Sequence record: DRR378314_264 | Strand: one strand, 5' to 3' | DNA length: 32,513 nt | Part shown: one piece after another, positions 9,484-16,793 of the stretch | Position numbering within the stretch: position 1 is the stretch's first letter | Layout of the letters: every line of letters starts with the position of its first letter | Made by a program: the position numbers and the translations under genes | The notes under the pieces: model-generated | What the model was told of the DNA's origin: nothing | Seen by the model: only the letters and a program-made list of their open reading frames with translations | The model's database searches: none

Positions 9484-11283
9484 TTAGTCGCTTGAGGCTT
9501 GCTGGATGGTGGAAAAGAGGCACACCCGGTTTCGTCCCTCTGCCTTGGCCTGATACAGCGCCCGGTCCGCACAGAGTAGCAGACCATCCAGATTATCAGA
9601 CTTGTCTGGCCTGAAGGTGGCAACCCCAGCGCTGATCGTCAAACGAAGGTGACCTCTCTCCAGCAGAAGCGGGTTTTTCTCAATGAGGCTTCTCAGGCGT
9701 TCGGCGACCTCTTGCGCGCCTGGCTCGTCGGTATTTTCCAGCAGCACGGCAAACTCCTCTCCGCCTACACGGGCAACCACATCGATATCCCTGAGTGCTT
9801 TCGTTGCCAGCTCGCTGAGATGAATCAGGGCCTTGTCGCCGACGCCATGACCGTGGGTGTCGTTCACCTTCTTGAAATAATCCGCATCGAACATGATGGC
9901 GGACAATGGCGCGCCTGAACGCACCGCCTTTCTGACAGCCGTATGTCCCAGCTCGAAATAGTGTCTCCGGTTCTTCAGACCTGTGAGGGCATCGGTACGA
10001 ACGGTTTCCTCCAACTGGCGGATCAGCGCTTCCCGCTCTCTTCGCATGGCGTCCCGCTGTACGATTTCATCCTCAAGCAGTGCGTTGGTGTTTTCCAGTT
10101 CCCGGGTTCGCTCCTCCACACGGTATTCCAGAGTGGTGTTGAGTTCGTTCATCTCCCGGGTTTTCTGGGTCAGGTTCAGGATCAGGTTCCTGAGCGTGGA
10201 GGACAGGGTTTTCACTTCCTCGTAGTCGTTTCTTTGCTTGATCAGGGTCGAAGGCTGGTCCGGGTCCAGGTGTCTGGCTTCCTCGGTCATCTTGAGCAAC
10301 GGCCGTGTGGTCCAGCGGGCGGCGAAGGACGCAAACAGGATCAGCAGAAGCGAGACGACGAAACCTGAAGCAATCAGGGTTCGGCGAAGATCATTGGCGG
10401 GCGCAAAGGCCTCCGCCGCTGGTTTTCGAACCAGCACTCGCCAGTCGAAACTGGCGTACTCGTCACGATCGCGCAGGCGGCTGAAGCCAATCAGATACTC
10501 CGCCTGTTCATTCGGGTCGCCACCGGCGGTCATTGAGTCCGTCACGTAGCCGGACGGGCTCTGGTTCGTCGCGTCAGCCAGTGAATCCGGTATGGCCTGA
10601 CCAATGCTGTCTGGTGGCCCGATCAGGATCGTGCCTGCGTGGTCCGCAACGATCAGCTCTGCTTGCAGGCGCTCCTGCAGCGGAGCCAGCAGGGACTGGC
10701 CAATGGACGCTACCCAGTCGAGGTAGAGGTGAGCACCAAGAACGCCCATGAGGTCACCGTTGTCCCGGTACAACGGCACAGCGACATCCACGAACCGCAG
10801 CGGGATGGAGGATGGATTATCAAGCTTGGATTCCAGCAACACCGCGAGATGGGCGTCTCCGAGGAAAGGCCCCTTGGCGGCTTCGTGGAACCAGGGGCGC
10901 GCAGAAACATCCACACCCTGAAGCAGGTTGTCCGTGCTGGTGATTACGGTCCCCACGGGGGAGACCAGACCGATCCAGGCATAGCTCGGGAAGGTGTCCT
11001 GAAGGGCGTTAAGGAGTGTCGGCACGCTGATGGACTGGTCGCCCTCAATGGACTGACTGGCAATAGCAGCAGCGATGCTCAGGTCGCTATAGCGCTCGTG
11101 GAGATCGATCTCGATTTTGTCCCTCAGCTGAACGGCTACTTCCTGCAGGTTCCGGCTGGTGGACTTGCGCAACTCTTCGACGGCAAGGTCGGAAACCAGC
11201 CAGGTGCCAACGGCAGTGGTCGCGAGGATCAGCCCCCCGAACAAAAGAATTAGCCGGCTCTTAAGCGTATTGAATAGCTTGAT
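9484..11283 (-). CDS. Membrane sensor diguanylate cyclase (TM-dCache-TM-HAMP-coiled coil-GGDEF); start uncertain
   Basis: Cache-like WIG...DVSARPWF...RFVDVAVP; RTDALTGLKNRR, DADYFKKVNDTHGH, RxxD I-site (RDID) and GGEEF. The track starts at TTG 11244 but the frame continues upstream as IKLFNTLKSRLILL. Confidence 0.9.
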   Translation of the reverse strand: MKLFNTLKSRLILLFGGLILATTAVGTWLVSDLAVEELRKSTSRNLQEVAVQLRDKIEIDLHERYSDLSIAAAIASQSIEGDQSISVPTLLNALQDTFPSYAWIGLVSPVGTVITSTDNLLQGVDVSARPWFHEAAKGPFLGDAHLAVLLESKLDNPSSIPLRFVDVAVPLYRDNGDLMGVLGAHLYLDWVASIGQSLLAPLQERLQAELIVADHAGTILIGPPDSIGQAIPDSLADATNQSPSGYVTDSMTAGGDPNEQAEYLIGFSRLRDRDEYASFDWRVLVRKPAAEAFAPANDLRRTLIASGFVVSLLLILFASFAARWTTRPLLKMTEEARHLDPDQPSTLIKQRNDYEEVKTLSSTLRNLILNLTQKTREMNELNTTLEYRVEERTRELENTNALLEDEIVQRDAMRREREALIRQLEETVRTDALTGLKNRRHYFELGHTAVRKAVRSGAPLSAIMFDADYFKKVNDTHGHGVGDKALIHLSELATKALRDIDVVARVGGEEFAVLLENTDEPGAQEVAERLRSLIEKNPLLLERGHLRLTISAGVATFRPDKSDNLDGLLLCADRALYQAKAEGRNRVCLFSTIQQASSD

Positions 11284-11404
11284 GGCGATGGTCCCAAATG
11301 ACGCTTGTTGGTGGTCCAGTGAGTTGGTGCTGGCGGTCCCTGGCCGATATCTGACAGTATATTACCCATGCAACCAAACCACGAACCCGGTACAGGAATC
11401 CGTG

Positions 11405-11965
11405 ATGAAAATAGCTGTCTTCTGTGGCTCCAGTCGGGGCAATGACGAGCGTTTCGCCCAAACCGCCGAAGCGTTTGGCCGGTATATGGCGAGCCAGAAC
11501 ATGGACCTTGTGTTCGGTGGCGGTAAGGTGGGTCTGATGGGCGTGGTTGCCGATGCCGTGCTAGCCGGTGGCCGGGACGTATACGGAGTTATACCCGAAT
11601 CCCTTCGCGATCGCGAACTGGCGCATCAGGGCCTGACGCGGCTGGATGTGGTGGGTAGCATGCACGAGCGCAAGGCGCTGATGGCGGAGATGGCCGACGC
11701 CTTTGTGGCCCTGCCCGGAGGGCCGGGCACCATGGATGAGATTTTTGAAGCATGGACCTGGGGCCAACTCGGATATCACAGCAAGCCTTGTGCGTTCTAC
11801 AACGTGGATGGCTACTACGATGAATTACTGGCCTTCATCCGCACGATGTCCGGCGCTGGCTTCCTGAAGCCGGAGTACGCGAATATGGTGATCGTGGAGG
11901 ACCAGCCAGACGCCCTTGTGTCGGCCCTGAAAAACTACCAGCCACCCTCGCGCAAATGGTCATGA
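11405..11965 (+). CDS. LOG-family (TIGR00730-type) nucleotide phosphoribohydrolase
   Basis: MKIAVFCGSS, GGGKVGLMG, SMHERKALM, PGGPGTMDE motif; AGGA RBS. Confidence 0.93.
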   Translation: MKIAVFCGSSRGNDERFAQTAEAFGRYMASQNMDLVFGGGKVGLMGVVADAVLAGGRDVYGVIPESLRDRELAHQGLTRLDVVGSMHERKALMAEMADAFVALPGGPGTMDEIFEAWTWGQLGYHSKPCAFYNVDGYYDELLAFIRTMSGAGFLKPEYANMVIVEDQPDALVSALKNYQPPSRKWS

Positions 11966-12828
11966 AGCCGTTGAAGGCTCAGGTTTTCCGCCACCAGGGA
12001 GCGTGAGGTCACGCAGAGTGCGCCACAGGCCGCCGCGAGCTGAAGGCACACCCGCAGGTTTTCGCCGCCAAGGTAGCCGCACAGAAAGCCACTGAAGAAG
12101 GCGTCGCCAGCGCCATTGGTATCCTGCACCTGGCCGACCGGAAACGCGGGCTGTTCCAACCATTGCCCGTTCCGGCTCAGCAGCGTAGCGCCCTCCGCGC
12201 CGTGGGTGCACACGACCATCTCCTTGCCATCATCAATCATCGCTTTCATGACCCGACGATAGTCCGGTAGGTTGTCGCTGGACAGAAAAACGACATCCGC
12301 TGCGTCGATATACGGTTGATGGTGGGGGTTACCGCCGTCGTAATCGTGGAGGTCGGTCCACACGGGTTTGTTCGCCGTTTTCGCCAGGGCCAGCGCCGGC
12401 TTTGCATAACTCAGGATATTGACCACCACCAGCTCAGCGTCCGCCACCTCGGCGGTAACGGGGGCCCAGTCAACCCGATCCGGATCCGCTGGTGGCTGTA
12501 TGAACAGGGAGATTCGGCCGCCATGAGGGTCCATCAGATTGACATGTTGCTCCGTGGGCGAGTCGGTGGTTTCGGCCAGCAACTCAAGGCCCGGTTGTGT
12601 TAGGGCGTGGCGTACCAGAACTGCCTCCGGGTCCCGCCCCAGTAGTGAATGCAAGACAACAGGGCGCCCCAGTGCTGCAAGGTTCAATGCCTTGCCGGCA
12701 CCGGTGCTGCCCACGGCTTTGTAACTGCTTCGTGGCCATAAGGTTTGTGGCGTTGGAGTGGGCAGGGCATCAAGCTGGATAATAGTATCCAGCGATGTAC
12801 CGCCGATGATCACGATGGGTTTGTTCAT
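11935..12828 (-). CDS. PfkB/ribokinase-family carbohydrate kinase
   Basis: GSTGAGKALNLAALG, VCTHGAEGA, DTNGAGDAFFSGF signature. Confidence 0.9.
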   Translation of the reverse strand: MNKPIVIIGGTSLDTIIQLDALPTPTPQTLWPRSSYKAVGSTGAGKALNLAALGRPVVLHSLLGRDPEAVLVRHALTQPGLELLAETTDSPTEQHVNLMDPHGGRISLFIQPPADPDRVDWAPVTAEVADAELVVVNILSYAKPALALAKTANKPVWTDLHDYDGGNPHHQPYIDAADVVFLSSDNLPDYRRVMKAMIDDGKEMVVCTHGAEGATLLSRNGQWLEQPAFPVGQVQDTNGAGDAFFSGFLCGYLGGENLRVCLQLAAACGALCVTSRSLVAENLSLQRLHDHLREGGW

Positions 12829-12850
12829 GGCGCAGGCCTCGGCAGGAAGA

Positions 12851-12877
12851 TCAGTGGAGCTTACCCGGTGTGGACAT
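12851..12877 (-). CDS. Candidate 8-aa upstream ORF (MSTPGKLH) before pfkB
   Basis: SD GGGAGGAG (12892-12885), 7-nt spacer, ATG 12877, TGA 12853-12851. Confidence 0.35.
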   Translation of the reverse strand: MSTPGKLH

Positions 12878-12938
12878 GGTAAGGCTCCTCCCTGGGGCTA
12901 CGCCCCATCGATTAACGTATCGGTCAGGTTCGACAAAA

Positions 12939-13826
12939 CTAGGGGCTCTTTTGGGGCGCACTCGAAAGCTGACCAGAGGGAGTATGCCAGTATTCGCTGG
13001 GAATGTTTTCCAGGCTGCCCTCGGGCGCTTCAAGCCAGATCATATGACGCTGAGATAACTCACCCTTTGCCAGCGCCTTGCGAATGTGGGGGTGGGAATA
13101 GAAGTGCTCGAGGAAAGCGCCGTTGCGGTGCGCTGTTTCCAAGCCCTCGAGCAGGATGTCGTGCAGGTCTTCACGATGACGGGCGACATACAGGAAATAG
13201 TCGTAGCGCATGGCCAGCGCAATCCCGGGTACGATGCTCAAGCTCTCTCGACCGGGCTTGTTCAGCTCGGTAAATACTTCCTGCATGCCCCGGTGAAACA
13301 CGTCAAAGCGCTCGAAATCGAGCATGCGCCAAAGGTTGTCGTACTCACTGGTCTCCAGCACCAGCCCGTTTTGCTCAAAAATCTGGTTCTCGGGCCAACC
13401 CGTGCCGCTGCCAAAACGTAAGCTCTTCAAATCATCAACGCCTTTTAAATCGCTGAGTACTGGCAGTCTTTCCGACTTCGCGACCAGCAGGCGAAAGCCC
13501 AGAAGTCCGCGAGTCAGAGGAAAGTTTACTTGGCGCAACCGCGATTCCCGCTCCGGACTGTAGCCACTGAAGAAAAGATTGATGGGAGGAGATTCCATAT
13601 CAAGGAGCGCGAACATTCGATTCTGGGGGGTGCCGTGAATAGGCACGACCTCCAGTTCGTGCTGACCGGGGGCATTGGCCAGGGCCAGCCGGATGACCGA
13701 CAGCTCATAGTCAAATATCTCGGCGTCGCCATGGAGCAGCCCGACCCGGAAAGTCGCAGCGTCTGCCTGAGTGATAAGGCTGACAAACGTTGAGCACAGA
13801 AGCCATGGCAGCATGCGAGAGATCAT
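12939..13826 (-). CDS. Orphan periplasmic solute-binding protein (type 2 PBP fold)
   Basis: Signal peptide MISRMLPWLL...ADA; ERESRLRQVNFPLTRGLLGFRL, GSGTGWPE, LWRMLDFERFDVFHRG, YFLYV; GGAG RBS favours ATG 13826. Confidence 0.75.
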   Translation of the reverse strand: MISRMLPWLLCSTFVSLITQADAATFRVGLLHGDAEIFDYELSVIRLALANAPGQHELEVVPIHGTPQNRMFALLDMESPPINLFFSGYSPERESRLRQVNFPLTRGLLGFRLLVAKSERLPVLSDLKGVDDLKSLRFGSGTGWPENQIFEQNGLVLETSEYDNLWRMLDFERFDVFHRGMQEVFTELNKPGRESLSIVPGIALAMRYDYFLYVARHREDLHDILLEGLETAHRNGAFLEHFYSHPHIRKALAKGELSQRHMIWLEAPEGSLENIPSEYWHTPSGQLSSAPQKSP

Positions 13827-13957
13827 GAAGATCGCTCCGATGATGAACATCCGTGTTGTTAATGAAGCTGGATTTGTAGCGTTAGTATACCCACCCGCAC
13901 ACGGGTGGTAAAAAGGCGCCCTTTCAGCCAATCAGACACAGTGCTCAGCAGAGGTGA

Positions 13958-14146
<189 letters not shown>

Positions 14147-14192
14147 GCTTCGGTACGCTGCAAAGCCAAAAAGCCAAGAGGTTGGCTTATTT

Positions 14193-14630
14193 ATGACTCA
14201 AGAATCTCAATGTGCACCAGGTGTGTCTGCCGACGATCGGGTAATTCTATTCGATGGGGTATGTCGGCTTTGTTCGGTTTGGGCACGCTTTCTTATCAGG
14301 TTCGATAAGAGGCGTCGGTTCAAATTAGCAACCGTGCAGTCTCCTGAAGGCAAGGCCATTCTGCAATGGTACGGCTTTCCAGCCGATTATTACGAGACCA
14401 TGCTGCTGGTAGAGGGTGCAAACCGTTTTACGAAGTCTTCCGCATTTTTCAGAGTAATGCGGCGGCTTCCGTGGCCTTGGCCATTGATATGTGTCGGCTG
14501 GGTGATACCGTCCTTTGTTCGGGACTGGTTGTATGATCGTATTGCATTAAATCGTTATAAGATATTCGGCCGCTACGAGGCTTGTGTTGTTCCGAATGAC
14601 GATCATAACGCTAGGTTTCTCGGTGAGTAG
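14193..14630 (+). CDS. DCC-family (DUF393/YuxK-like) thiol-disulfide oxidoreductase
   Basis: VILFDGVCRLC, FKLATVQSPEG, IPSFVRDWLYDRIALNRYKIFGRYEAC. Confidence 0.9.
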   Translation: MTQESQCAPGVSADDRVILFDGVCRLCSVWARFLIRFDKRRRFKLATVQSPEGKAILQWYGFPADYYETMLLVEGANRFTKSSAFFRVMRRLPWPWPLICVGWVIPSFVRDWLYDRIALNRYKIFGRYEACVVPNDDHNARFLGE

Positions 14631-15039
14631 TACCTCTTTGAGTTATGCCTTTTGCCGGTGCACCATTGCCTTTGTCTGGTTCTACCATGGGTTGGTTCCA
14701 AAACTGCTCTACCTGCATGAGGATGAGCTGGCAATGAGTATGGCCGCCGGCTTTTCAAGCTCTGACGCGCAGAACGTCGCGATTGTTGGTGGCGTTGCCG
14801 AGATCGCGATGTCCTTCGTTGTTTTTTTGTTTTGGCGTCAACGTTGGCCTCTGCTACTGACAGCGATCGCGATGTTCGGTTTACTGGCGTTTGTCATTTT
14901 AGTCCAGCCCGATTTGATAGGTGCAGCGTTCAATCCTGTGACAACCAACCTGTCGGTGATGGTGCTTGCAGTGGTCGGCTTACACCTTCAGCGCTTGGTA
15001 CAGCTAGAAAGCCAACAAGGGGTGTTAGCCGACCGCTAA
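14623..15039 (+). CDS. DoxX-like membrane protein
   Basis: IAFVWFYHGLVPKLL...GVAEI...AAFNPVTTN; GTG 14623 overlaps the upstream stop. Confidence 0.8.
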   Translation: MSSTSLSYAFCRCTIAFVWFYHGLVPKLLYLHEDELAMSMAAGFSSSDAQNVAIVGGVAEIAMSFVVFLFWRQRWPLLLTAIAMFGLLAFVILVQPDLIGAAFNPVTTNLSVMVLAVVGLHLQRLVQLESQQGVLADR

Positions 15040-15066
15040 TGTGGCGGCTTAGCCTCGGAGTTACAT
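15010..15066 (+). mobile_element. attC-like integron recombination site (57 bp, degenerate)
   Basis: AGCCAAC-N5-GTGTTAGC-CGACCGCTAATGTGGCG-GCTTAGC-N6-GTTACAT, matching R''/L''/L'/R' spacing; R'' is the reverse complement of GTTGGCT at 14181. Confidence 0.65.
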
Positions 15067-15163
15067 CATTAAGGTGCCTATGCTGGGCAATGACCATGAC
15101 CATGGCGTCATTCATGACCTTGCATACACTGCGGAGTTTTTAGTTAATCCGGGAGAATTAGAG

Positions 15164-16030
15164 GTGTTGAGAAAAATAGGGACGTTCACGATGGTACTGG
15201 TTCTGTTGTCCGGGTGTGCCAACACTCGGTCTGGTGCCGGCTTTGATCTGGTGGATGACAACCAGTACGCCCAAGCCCTGCCCCTTCTGGAAGCCTCAGC
15301 GAAAGAAGATCGAAACAAAGCCTCCGCTGTCATGGCCAGCTTTCTCTACCTGTCGGACTACCAGATCCCCCGCGACCTGGACAAAGCGAGAGAATACTAC
15401 GAACTATCCGAACAATTGCCATACAAGCGATGGGACCAATACCTTGATTACTTCTCCCCGCTGGCCAGGGCGAGAATCATGCTTCACGACGACGATGATA
15501 CCAATGACGAGGAAGCGACGGATATTTTACGCGGGCACCGGTATTCCGAGTTTCCTGCCGCTTTGAGTCTGCTTGCGAAGACCTACGCCTTCGGCAAAGG
15601 CGTCGAGAAAAACACGGCCATTTCCAAATTGCTGTATTCCCGCGCAATAGACAACGATAGCGAAGTCTATTCTGCAAACTCCTACGCTTGGTTTCTTGCT
15701 GTTCATCCCGATGAGGATTTCAGAGATGGCGCCCTCGCCCTGAAGCTTATGAGTGACGTGATGGAAGACGAGGAAGAGGCAGAGCGAGCAACAACCCTAG
15801 ACACAATGGCCGCCGTTTATGCGCAGAACGGGCGGTTCGACGAGGCCGTTCAGACTCAAAAACAGGCCATTGAAATGCTAAATGAAGATAGCAAAAACTA
15901 CCCACGCTTCTCGATATGGGAAAGTGCTTTCGAGTGCCGGCTGAAAAGCTACGAACAGAATATAGTGTGGCACTTTAAGCCTAATCAGATTCCATTCGGA
16001 ACGGTCACCCAAAGTGCATCCTGTATCTGA
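15164..16030 (+). CDS. Sel1/TPR-repeat lipoprotein
   Basis: Lipobox LLSGC; PRDLDKAREYY, LAKTYAFGKGVEKN, ANSYAWFLA, TLDTMAAVYAQNGRFDEAVQTQKQAI; GGAG RBS before GTG 15164. Confidence 0.82.
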   Translation: MLRKIGTFTMVLVLLSGCANTRSGAGFDLVDDNQYAQALPLLEASAKEDRNKASAVMASFLYLSDYQIPRDLDKAREYYELSEQLPYKRWDQYLDYFSPLARARIMLHDDDDTNDEEATDILRGHRYSEFPAALSLLAKTYAFGKGVEKNTAISKLLYSRAIDNDSEVYSANSYAWFLAVHPDEDFRDGALALKLMSDVMEDEEEAERATTLDTMAAVYAQNGRFDEAVQTQKQAIEMLNEDSKNYPRFSIWESAFECRLKSYEQNIVWHFKPNQIPFGTVTQSASCI

Positions 16031-16173
16031 ACCAGAGGCACAAGCAAAGGAAGCTAGTGGATGCCCTCAAACACATGCGCGCCACTCGGATGCCTATTTC
16101 CCCTGCGTTCTTACCCACGAGTAATGTCCTGGGTACTGCGTGGTTTGGTTCTCTACAGCTTCGTTAGGTACTT

Positions 16174-16620
16174 ATGAGAAAGATTGTTCTGACTGTTCTT
16201 ATTCTTGTCGCTTGGCCAGCACTGGCTGGTAGCCGTATAGAGTTATGCTCAACTAAAGAAGAGTGTGCTGAGAGGATCTACGAAATAGTTCGATCTAATT
16301 GGTACCCTCCAGAAACTGCTTCAGCTGAAACGACGTCCAGGGTGAGAGTAAAACTAAGTGATGACGTAGTTGGAAAAGTTGAGGATGTCGAAGTTTTGGA
16401 AAGTAGCGGAAGTGAATCGTTCGATGGATCTACCGTAGATGCACTGCTAACTATCGGCACGCTTGCCACTTTAACTGGGCTAGAAAAGGAAGTTTATCAG
16501 GAACATTTTCGCGAATTTATTATTCAGTTTGAAATTGGCACGCCTAAGGCGCTAAGCAATACGCTGACGGATGAAGAATTCATAAAGTCATTACCGTCTT
16601 ATAGCGGTAGCAACGAATAA
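16174..16620 (+). CDS. Secreted protein with a TolA/TonB C-terminal-like domain
   Basis: Signal peptide ending PALA; IVRSNWYPP...VRVKLS...GKVEDVEVLESSGSESFDGSTVDAL; AT-richer than flanks. Confidence 0.72.
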   Translation: MRKIVLTVLILVAWPALAGSRIELCSTKEECAERIYEIVRSNWYPPETASAETTSRVRVKLSDDVVGKVEDVEVLESSGSESFDGSTVDALLTIGTLATLTGLEKEVYQEHFREFIIQFEIGTPKALSNTLTDEEFIKSLPSYSGSNE

Positions 16621-16793
16621 ACTCTTTTCCTTAATAAAGTGAGCGCCGGAGGGTAGGGCCATTGTGCAATGGCACGGTGTCCCAGTTGAGCAGTACCTTT
16701 TTTAACTACGCATGAGGTACTGACCACGCTCTGTATGCGGCAGAGAGACCTGGGCAACTCGGGTTTGTTTGTATCGGAATTGTGCCTGGGTGG

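Noticed and set aside
11159-11404. Long N-terminal extensions in the ORF track (LOG from 11159; also betI 2308, PBP 13931, TPR 15074, ompW 28403, OYE 28985, lipoprotein 30149)
   Set aside because: Family N-termini, signal peptides and SD positions point to downstream starts; several extensions run through operators or terminators
13888-13914. Hairpin CCACCCG-CACA-CGGGTGG followed by an A run
   Set aside because: The A run is on the wrong side for a terminator on either strand; no function can be supported
16658-16673. Inverted repeat GCCATTG-TG-CAATGGC after the TonB-C gene
   Set aside because: No flanking R boxes and no adjacent T tract; cannot be called attC or terminator
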